Shown one piece after another: positions 55,384 through 64,000 of a stretch of DNA of 64,000 nucleotides (position 1 is its first letter; every line of letters starts with the position of its first letter). A program made the translations under genes and the position numbers. Under the pieces are notes generated by a model that worked only from the letters and a program-made list of their open reading frames with translations, was not told where the DNA came from and ran no database searches. Origin of the DNA: Myxococcota bacterium (GTDB taxonomy: Bacteria > Myxococcota_A > UBA9160 > UBA4427); contig OZ252299.1 in assembly GCA_965250285.1 (NCBI GenBank), positions 5,984,001 to 6,048,000 on the forward strand, in the 5' to 3' direction.

Positions 55384-56951
55384 GCAAGGTGATCGGGATC
55401 GACCTCGGAACCACGAACTCGTGCGTGGCCGTCATGGACGGTGGCCAGCCCACGGTCGTGCCGAACTCGGGCGGCTACAAGACCACGCCCTCGATGTTCG
55501 GGATCTCACAGGACGGCAAGCGCCTCGTGGGGCATCTGGCAAAGCGCCAGGCCATCACGAACTCGGCCCATACGGTCTACGCGGCGAAGCGGCTGATCGG
55601 GCGCCGATTCGACTCGCCTGAGGTGCAGCGATCGATCGACCTCTCGCCCTACGAGATCGTGCGGGGCCCGAACGAGGATCCGCGCATCCGCATCGGCGGC
55701 AAGACGTTCACCTGCCCCGAGATCTCGGGCATCATCCTGCGCGAGATGAAGCGCGTCGCCGAAGAGTTCCTCGGCGAGCCCGTCAGTGAAGCCGTCATCA
55801 CCGTGCCGGCCTACTTCAACGACGCCCAGCGCCAGTGCACGAAGGATGCCGGCAAGATCGCGGGCCTCGAGGTGCTTCGCATCATCAACGAGCCGACGGC
55901 GGCTGCGCTCGCCTACGGAATGGCGCGCAATGAAGACGAGAAGATCGCCGTCTACGACCTGGGCGGTGGCACCTTCGACATCTCGATCCTCGAGATCTCC
56001 GATGGCGTGCTCGAGGTGCTCTCGACGGCCGGCAACACGTTCCTCGGCGGCGAAGACTTCGACCGCCGGATCGTTCAGCACCTCGTCGAGTGGTTCCAGG
56101 AGACCGAGTCGATCGATCTCCGCGAGGACACGATGGCGCTGCAGCGGCTGAAGGACGCGGCCGAGAAGGCCAAGTGCGATCTCTCGCTGCGAGAGACGGC
56201 CGAGATCAGCCTGCCCTTCATCGCGAGCGATGCCGAGGGCCCCCGCCACATGAACTACGAGCTGACCCGCGAGAAGCTCGAGGAGCTCGTCGATGACGTC
56301 GTCAGCGGCACGCTCAAGAGCGTCGAGCAGTGCGTGCAGGACGCCGGCCTGAACAGCGACGACATCGACCAGGTGGTGCTGGTCGGCGGCCAGACGCGCA
56401 TGCCGCTCGTGCAGAAGGCCGTGACGGAGTACTTCGGCAAGCGACCTCACAAGGGCGTGAACCCCGACGAGGTGGTCGCGCTCGGTGCCGCGGTGCAGGC
56501 CGCGGCCCTGGTCGACGAGACCAAGGACGTGCTGCTGCTCGACGTCACGCCGCTCTCGCTCGGCATCGGCACCTTCGGTGGCCACTTTGCTCGGCTCATC
56601 GAGCGCAACACGACGGTGCCCGTGAGCAAGGGGCACATCTTTACGACGACCCGCGACAATCAGAGTGCGGTCAAGATTCGCGTGCTCCAGGGCGAGAGCG
56701 AGATCGCGGCCGAGAACGACCTGCTCGGCGAGTTCGTGCTCGGCGGCATCCGGTCGGCGCCGAAGGGCGAGCCCGAGATCGAGGTCAACTTCGACATCGA
56801 CGCGAACGGCATGGTGAGTGTCGCTGCGCGAGACCTCGCGACGGGCAAGGAACAGTCGATCACGGTGAACTCCACGGGGACGCTCTCGGACGACGAGATC
56901 GAGGAGATCATCGAGGAGCACGAGCTCTACGAGGTGCAGCTGAAGGCCTGA
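55380..56951 (+). CDS. dnaK: Hsp70/DnaK-family protein lacking the C-terminal helical lid (523 aa)
   Basis: [48 protein letters not shown], linker DVLLLD and complete SBD-beta. It ends about 20 aa into the lid helices ([22 protein letters not shown]). Confidence 0.9.
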   Translation: MSKVIGIDLGTTNSCVAVMDGGQPTVVPNSGGYKTTPSMFGISQDGKRLVGHLAKRQAITNSAHTVYAAKRLIGRRFDSPEVQRSIDLSPYEIVRGPNEDPRIRIGGKTFTCPEISGIILREMKRVAEEFLGEPVSEAVITVPAYFNDAQRQCTKDAGKIAGLEVLRIINEPTAAALAYGMARNEDEKIAVYDLGGGTFDISILEISDGVLEVLSTAGNTFLGGEDFDRRIVQHLVEWFQETESIDLREDTMALQRLKDAAEKAKCDLSLRETAEISLPFIASDAEGPRHMNYELTREKLEELVDDVVSGTLKSVEQCVQDAGLNSDDIDQVVLVGGQTRMPLVQKAVTEYFGKRPHKGVNPDEVVALGAAVQAAALVDETKDVLLLDVTPLSLGIGTFGGHFARLIERNTTVPVSKGHIFTTTRDNQSAVKIRVLQGESEIAAENDLLGEFVLGGIRSAPKGEPEIEVNFDIDANGMVSVAARDLATGKEQSITVNSTGTLSDDEIEEIIEEHELYEVQLKA

Positions 56952-56997
56952 GCCCGAGATGCGCCGAGCGCAGCGCGGGACTCGAACGGAAGCCGAG

Positions 56998-57597
56998 ATG
57001 GACGACGACGCAAAGCAAGAAGCCATCGAGCAGCTCCTGGCTCAGGGGCTCGACTATTACGGCGTGGACGACGTCGCGAACGCAATCCTCACCTGGGAGC
57101 GCGTGCTGGCGATCGATCCGCACAACGCCGAGGCGCAGGACTACATGAAGACGGCCGATCGTCGCTCGACGCCCCGGCCCAAGAAGAAGAAGACCGCCCC
57201 TGTCGAGCCCGGACCCGAGACGGGGGTCATGGCCCAGGTCCGCGACCTGCTTCGCGAAGACCGGATCGCCGCCGCTTGGGAGATGATCGCGGCGTGCGCG
57301 CCCGCGGGCAGCATCACCGATCTTGCTTGGGAGGCGACGGTCGATCTCGCCCGCAGCCGTCGCTACGCCGAGCTGCGCGGTCGCTTCGGCAGCCTGTCGA
57401 TCGTACCGCGGCTCAACGCGAGTGACGCCGATCTGCGCGGGTACAACCTGCCGCCCAACGCCGGGTTCCTCGTCTCGATGGTCGACGGCATGACGCCGCT
57501 GTCCGACCTGATCTCGGTCTCGGGCATGGATGCCTTCGACGTGCTCCACACCCTCGAAGGCCTCGTGAACGCCGGACTCGTGGAGCTGGAACCGTGA
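56998..57597 (+). CDS. Hypothetical protein: N-terminal TPR + C-terminal winged-helix-like domain
   Basis: LAQGLDYY...AILTWERVLAIDPHNAEA (TPR); C-terminal GFLVSMVDG.TP..DL...SGM....L..L..LV..GLV. Confidence 0.75.
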   Translation: MDDDAKQEAIEQLLAQGLDYYGVDDVANAILTWERVLAIDPHNAEAQDYMKTADRRSTPRPKKKKTAPVEPGPETGVMAQVRDLLREDRIAAAWEMIAACAPAGSITDLAWEATVDLARSRRYAELRGRFGSLSIVPRLNASDADLRGYNLPPNAGFLVSMVDGMTPLSDLISVSGMDAFDVLHTLEGLVNAGLVELEP

Positions 57598-58562
57598 GTG
57601 ACAATCTCACTTCGCTGCTGAACTTCCTCGACGCGCCGCTCATGATCGGAGACCCCGATGGTCGCGTGATCTGGGTGAATCCGGCGTTCGAGCGCACCTT
57701 CGACTGCAGCGGCGAATCGGTGCGCGGTCAGCCGCTCGCGATGCTCTTCGACGGCGGGGGCCGCGAGGCCGTGCTGTCGGCCGTGGCCGAGGTCTGCTCA
57801 CGCAGTGAGACGGTGCGCTTTCGCTTGAAGAAGGACGGCACGGGTTTTCTCGGCGTGTGTTCGCCGATCGAGGCCGAGGGCGGCAGCGTCGGCGTCGTGA
57901 TCCTGATGACGCTCGAGCCCGACACCGACGAGCGCCTGCTCGCGTTCCAGGCCGAGATCGCCGAGCCGCTCGACGAAGCGGCGCACATCCTCGACGAGTT
58001 GATGGAGCAGACCGGCGGACGCCGCGCCGAGCGTTACCGTGGTCTGGTCGAGCGCGGGCTGGGTGCGCTGCACCGGGCCCAGAAATGGAGCGACGAGCTG
58101 AAGGGCGCGCTCCAGGGGCAGCGCACGTCGCGCACCCAGAGCTCGGTCGATCCGGTCAAGGTGGTGCGCAATGTCTCGCACTCGATGCTCGAGGACGGCG
58201 GTCACGCAGGCCCCAAGCTCTACCTGCTCGTGCCGTCGTCGCTGCCGGCGGTGCTCGGTGACGCGACGATGCTCGAGACGGCGCTGCTCCGGTTGGTGCG
58301 CAGCCGCGGGATGGAGGCGGACGGCGAAGCCTGGCTGTCGCTGTCGGCACGGGTGAGCGGGCAGGGCGCCGATCGACGCGTGTTCTTCTCGGTCATCGAC
58401 CGCTGCTTCGACGAGCTCGCAGCAGCGGGCGCCGAAGCCGAGCCCGAGCCCAAGCTCGTCCGAGCCGCCGTCTCGGCCCTTGGGGGAGAGATCCTCACTT
58501 GGACCGAGCCCGGCATGGGCCGCGTGACCACGATCTCGCTGCCCATCGCCGAAGCCGGCTGA
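57594..58562 (+). CDS. PAS-domain protein with degenerate histidine-kinase core (pseudokinase)
   Basis: PAS (LL..LDAPL.I.D.DG.VIWVNPAFE..F....V.G.PL..LF). H-box-like FQAEIAEPL lacks His, N-box-like LETALLRLVRSR lacks Asn, G1-like VIDRCFD lacks Gly; C-terminal EPGMG....ISLP. Confidence 0.8.
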   Translation: MSDNLTSLLNFLDAPLMIGDPDGRVIWVNPAFERTFDCSGESVRGQPLAMLFDGGGREAVLSAVAEVCSRSETVRFRLKKDGTGFLGVCSPIEAEGGSVGVVILMTLEPDTDERLLAFQAEIAEPLDEAAHILDELMEQTGGRRAERYRGLVERGLGALHRAQKWSDELKGALQGQRTSRTQSSVDPVKVVRNVSHSMLEDGGHAGPKLYLLVPSSLPAVLGDATMLETALLRLVRSRGMEADGEAWLSLSARVSGQGADRRVFFSVIDRCFDELAAAGAEAEPEPKLVRAAVSALGGEILTWTEPGMGRVTTISLPIAEAG

Positions 58563-58702
58563 TCGCGCCCATCGCCGAAGCGTTCCGTCGATCTCGCCGA
58601 GCCGGTGCCGGCGGCCGCGTCGCGTGCGTCGCAACCTCGCGCTGCGCCGCTCGCGGGCGGGAGCGCAGCCGTTAGAATCCGGCCTCCATTCAGGAGGTCT
58701 CC

Positions 58703-59911
<1,209 letters not shown>

Positions 59912-61805
59912 CGCCGGCTGACTCGCGCTCGCCGGAGGCTTCGGCGGGCGCGGGCTCGCGCTCGGCCAGAAAGCGCAGCAGGTGCGGGACGGCCAGCTTC
60001 ATCATGTCGACGTCGGGCGCGAGCGTGTCGCCGAGCTGGAACAGGTACGAGAGCGTCTTCGCGTAGAGCAGGAGATCGTTGGGCAGCTGCAGACCGGGCG
60101 TCTCGCGCAGGAGCGCCTTGGCTTCGTCCTTGAGCGCGAGGATGCGTGAGCCCGGCTGCTGAAGCACCGCACCGCCCATGCGATCGAACATCGAGTCGAC
60201 GGCCGCCCGGACCCCTGCCTCGGCGCCCGGCGCGATCATGTCGAGGGCGTGCATGTGCTCGACGAAGGCCGCCGGATCGCGCTTCAAGACGGCGAAGAGC
60301 GCCTGCCGGATCGCCTGACGCAGCTGCGGCGAGAGCTGTCGGGACAGGCCGAAGTCGAGGAACACGACCCGCGGCCGCGCCGGATCGTCACCGGCCACGG
60401 CGAGCAGATTGCCGGGATGTGGATCGGCGTGGAACAGCCCGTCGACGAAGATCTGCCGGGCATACGCGCGCGTCAGGATCTCGACCACCCAAGCCGGATC
60501 GATGCCCTGCGCCCGCAGCGTCTCGGCGCGCTCGATCGGCACCCCGTCGACGTAGTCGAGCGTCAGCATGCGCGTGCGTGTCCACTCCGCATGCACGCCG
60601 GGGACGACGATGGCCTCGTCGCTTGCCAGGTTCTGCGCGATGCGTCGCGCCGCGTCGGCCTCGGCCTCGAAGTCGAGCTCGTTCGCGACGCCCGACGCGA
60701 ACTCGGCGAAGAGCCGCTCGAAGGCAGCGGCCTCGACGCCGCGGGCACGCAGCAGCGGGCGCAGCCCGAGCCGAACGACCGCGAGGTCGTTTCGCATCGA
60801 GTCGCGCAGCCACGGGTACTGCACCTTCACCGCGACCTCGGTGCCATCATGGAGCCATGCGCGGTGCACCTGCGCGATGCTGGCCGCTCCGATGGGTCGG
60901 TGTTCGATGCGCGCGAAGACCTCGATCACCGATCGACCCAAGGCTTGCTCGACCACGGCGCGGGCCACCGAGAGCGACAGCGGCGGCACGCGGTCGCGCA
61001 GCGACGCGAGCGCGTCATGCACCTCGATGGGGACGAGGTCGGGCCGCGTCGCGGCGAACTGTCCCAGCTTCGCGAATACGCCCTTCAGTCGGCCGAGCAC
61101 GGCGACGGTGTCGCGGGCGCTGCGTTCGAGTCGGGCGCGACGGCGCGCTTCGACCGACGCCGTCGACCAGCGATCGCCGAGCGCGCCGCAGCCATGACGG
61201 AGAGTCAGCCGCAACGCGAGCCAGCCGATCCGCAGCGCGGGCTCGACCCCGCTCGTGCGCAGCCAGAAGCGGGGCGGCACCCGCAGCGGGATCGTCGTCC
61301 CCGGCGACCGCGCCGTCGAGGGGGTGGCGGGGGGGATCGGCCCCCTGGGCGCGACGGCTCCGTGCTCCAGGGCCGTCGACGCAGGTCGCGACCGAATGGC
61401 GCTCGCCGCGGCGGCATCGCCATCGGTGGTCTGTGCGGAGGCGCCGGCTTCGGCGCGTCGCGGCTTCGGAAAGTTCTCCGTCACGGCCGTCGCAGGGTCT
61501 CCGAGTCCGAGGGAATTCGAGTCGAATGGCCGACCGGGGCGGTCGCCATCCGGCCGACAGGAGCGCTAGAGTCATAGCCGGTTTTCAATGGGGGCGGAGT
61601 CGGCTCGCCCGTGCCGTTCCGGTCCCCTTCCTCGATCACTGCAACACGACCTGGATGAGCCGGGTCCGGGCCCTCGACTGCGAGGCCGGGCCCCCGCTGC
61701 AGGTCGCCGGATCGAGCGTCTTCCGGCAGCGAGGATTCTGGCGGCCATCCGGGCGCCCGCGGTTTGCGCGAGCGCCCCTGTGTCCTCGTGTCGGGTCGGG
61801 TCGTC

Positions 61806-61821
61806 TGTGAACGGCGTCACG
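61806..61821. promoter_or_regulatory. CRP-type box TGTGA-ACGGCG-TCACG
   Basis: 9/10 match to TGTGA-N6-TCACA, centred about 70 bp upstream of the DUF1329 ATG, in a divergent intergenic region. Confidence 0.5.
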
Positions 61822-61882
61822 TCCCGCAGTGTCGCAAGCGCGGGTTCAGTCCCAGCCCGGCTGGGCAGAGAAGGAGCACAGC

Positions 61883-63208
61883 ATGATTCGTACTCGTATT
61901 GCCCCGGGCGTGCTCGCCCTGGTCGCGGTGCTGACGGCGCCGCTCTTCCAGGCCGCCGCTCAGGAGGATGCCTCGGGGATGGGGCCGACCTTCAAGGAAG
62001 GTGACATCATCACCTACGAAGAGGTCGACGCGCTGAGGCCCTATCTGCCGGAAGAGTTCTGGAACAACCGCGACTTCTTCTTCTACGAGGGCATGCAGCT
62101 CGAGGTCGGCCCCTTCCATCGCGACTACTCGCCGTCCGAGGCCTACATGCAGGCGACCGAGCAGTATCGCGGCCAGTCGCGGATCGGCCCCGACAACAGC
62201 CTCGAGAACTACACCGCGGGCCGCCCGTTCCCCAACGACACGATCGACTGCGCCAGCGACCCGCAGGCCGGCGTCAAGATCATGTGGAACTTCGACTACG
62301 TCTGGGCCGGCGCGGGCGCCACGACGACCTTCTACTACTCGTACTGGGATCGCGGTGAGGAGCTGCCGCTCTACTACGAGGGCAACTCGAAGGCCGTGAC
62401 CCTGTCGCACCGGGTCGAGCCCGAGTACGAGGCCACCGGCGGCGACGTCTTCCGCAACGAGAAGCGCAAGAACGCCTTCGGCGTCGACGTGACGGCCCCC
62501 TTCGATGCGCGCGGCATCATGCTGATGTCCTATCGCTACAAGTCGACGGATCGTCCGCGCTCCGAGGCGAAGAACGACGACACCTGGGTCTACGTGCCGA
62601 CGCTGCGCCGCGTGCGCCGCATCTCGACGGCCCAGCGCACCGACTCGATCTCGGGCACCGACTTCACCTTCGACGACCTGCGCAGCTTCGCCGGGATCGT
62701 CCCCCAGTACGAATGGGAGTGCCTCGGTGAGATGGACATGATCGGCCCGGTGAACACGCAGGTGAAGGCGTTCCCGTACGATCGCGACCACAACTTCGGC
62801 CCCTACGGCCTCTCGTTCGCCGATGATCGCTGGGAGATGCGCCGCGTGTACAAGGTGCGCATGACGCCCAAGAACGCGGATCACCCGTATCACCACAAGG
62901 ACATCTACATCGACAAGGAGACCTACTCGGCTCTGTACTCCTTCGCATACGACCAGAAGGAGGAGCTCTGGAAGATCATCTGGCACAACCGCCGCTGGAG
63001 CGAGGATGATCTGACCGAGGGCTACTACCAGGGCTGGGAGGGTGTCCCCGAGCCGCGCGACAGCCGGATCATCGCGGACATCATCGTCAACGTGCAGACC
63101 GGTACGGGCAACCGCATCGAGATCTGGGACAACGAAGGGTCGCCCTTCAAGAGCAAGGGCAAGATCCGCCGCTACATCGACGTCGGCCGCCTCACCAAGG
63201 GTCGCTGA
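61883..63208 (+). CDS. DUF1329-family secreted protein (LolA-like lipoprotein-sorting superfamily)
   Basis: AAGGAG RBS, signal peptide, GRPFP, G.KIMWN, DDTW.Y.P.LRRVRR, WEMRRVY and HPY.....YID.ET. Confidence 0.85.
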   Translation: MIRTRIAPGVLALVAVLTAPLFQAAAQEDASGMGPTFKEGDIITYEEVDALRPYLPEEFWNNRDFFFYEGMQLEVGPFHRDYSPSEAYMQATEQYRGQSRIGPDNSLENYTAGRPFPNDTIDCASDPQAGVKIMWNFDYVWAGAGATTTFYYSYWDRGEELPLYYEGNSKAVTLSHRVEPEYEATGGDVFRNEKRKNAFGVDVTAPFDARGIMLMSYRYKSTDRPRSEAKNDDTWVYVPTLRRVRRISTAQRTDSISGTDFTFDDLRSFAGIVPQYEWECLGEMDMIGPVNTQVKAFPYDRDHNFGPYGLSFADDRWEMRRVYKVRMTPKNADHPYHHKDIYIDKETYSALYSFAYDQKEELWKIIWHNRRWSEDDLTEGYYQGWEGVPEPRDSRIIADIIVNVQTGTGNRIEIWDNEGSPFKSKGKIRRYIDVGRLTKGR

Positions 63209-63225
63209 TCGTCGAACGAGACCGA

Positions 63226-63262
63226 GCCCCTCGCGGTCGCCTGGCCGCGAGGGGCGGCTTTC
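63226..63262 (+). terminator. GC-rich hairpin (terminator or mRNA-stabilising stem-loop)
   Basis: Stem GCCCCTCGCGGTC / GGCCGCGAGGGGC, loop GCCT, followed by GGCTTTC. Lies between the DUF1329 and YCF48-like genes. Confidence 0.45.
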
Positions 63263-63313
63263 CTCCTCCGCGCGTTCGCTCCTCGGGAGCGACCTGACCA
63301 GGATCCGTTCGAC

Positions 63314-64000
63314 ATGCATCGACTCACGGGTTGGATCGGCATCGTGGCCCTCCTCGCCATCGCGAGCTTTGGCTGCCACGACGTGCACCTCGACTTCGAC
63401 ACGCACGAGAGTGAGATCGTCCTCTTCGACGACCTCTACTCGGTCTCGGTCGTCGACGAGAATCACGCGGTGACGGTCGGCTACTACGGCACCGTCTACT
63501 ACACCGACGATGGCGGCGACAGCTGGAAGCGCGGCCAGACCGACGTGCTGACGCCGCTGTACAGCGTGAGCATGGCGACGTCGCAGGAGGGCTGGGCGGT
63601 CGGCCAGCGCGGTCTGATCCTGCGGACCGACGACGGCGGTCGCACCTGGGCACGCCAGCCCAACCTGAAGGAGAAGGAGGGCGCCCACCTCTTCGGTGTC
63701 ACCGCCATCGACGCGCAGCGCGCGATCGCCGTCGGTGAATGGGGCACCCGGCTCCTGACCGAGGACGGCGGCCAGACCTGGATCGACAACTCGTTCAAGG
63801 TCGATCAGCAGCACCCGATGTTCGTGTGGCTCTCGCCCGAGGATCAGGAGAAGATCCGCGAGGGCGGCACCGTGTACGACGACGTCGGCGTGAACGACGT
63901 GTTCTGCGACGGCGACCGCTGCTGGCTCGTCGGCGAGTTCGGCTACATCTTCTACAGCGAGGACGCCGGCAAGACCTGGCTGCCGAGCTCGATCGAGGGC
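63314..64000 (+). CDS. YCF48-like/BNR Asp-box beta-propeller lipoprotein (partial, runs off the window end)
   Basis: Not in the ORF track. Manual translation gives MHRLTGWIGIVALLAIASFGC (lipobox), then four repeats of VG..G....(T/S).D(G/A)G.(S/T)W. Confidence 0.88.
   Translation, partial: MHRLTGWIGIVALLAIASFGCHDVHLDFDTHESEIVLFDDLYSVSVVDENHAVTVGYYGTVYYTDDGGDSWKRGQTDVLTPLYSVSMATSQEGWAVGQRGLILRTDDGGRTWARQPNLKEKEGAHLFGVTAIDAQRAIAVGEWGTRLLTEDGGQTWIDNSFKVDQQHPMFVWLSPEDQEKIREGGTVYDDVGVNDVFCDGDRCWLVGEFGYIFYSEDAGKTWLPSSIEG

Noticed and set aside
55380..56997. dnaK as a frameshifted pseudogene
   Set aside because: All catalytic motifs are intact, the end falls near a domain boundary, and an unrelated gene starts 46 bp later.

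Overview
High-GC bacterial chromosomal DNA. Gene content and order suggest Myxococcota or a related deltaproteobacterial lineage (inference). Nt 1-42434 is one large Wzx/Wzy-type extracellular polysaccharide locus with an exosortase (PEP-CTERM-type) system. It encodes a CapA-family phosphoesterase, a sulfotransferase, two PaaK/CapK-like adenylating enzymes, a DUF362 protein, a bi-domain oxidoreductase, four GT4 glycosyltransferases, a flippase, a Wzy/O-antigen-ligase-family protein, a YdjC deacetylase, a secreted LamG+GH123/DUF4091-like protein, exosortase/EpsI and wecB. It also encodes a short OPX plus a beta-barrel, a co-polymerase, an ExeA-like ATPase, a BY-kinase, a WecA-like transferase, gmd, an epimerase, ugd, manC, a Crp regulator, two sigma54 activators and a TPR lipoprotein. 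Nt 42748-59911 is a housekeeping block (LysM/TsaP-like, dprA, trmFO, xerC, hslV, hslU, argB, argF, argG). That block is interrupted by a REC-GAF-GAF protein and by a four-gene module: a J-domain/TPR protein, a lidless Hsp70, a TPR/winged-helix protein and a PAS pseudo-histidine kinase. This module is the best candidate for an undescribed system. The window ends with an ABC1/UbiB kinase and the start of a DUF1329 + YCF48-like operon. I saw no rRNA, tRNA, CRISPR array or transposase. A 77/78-bp tandem triplication of the gmd 3' end and two CRP-type boxes were found. All family calls come from motif recognition by eye, not from database searches.
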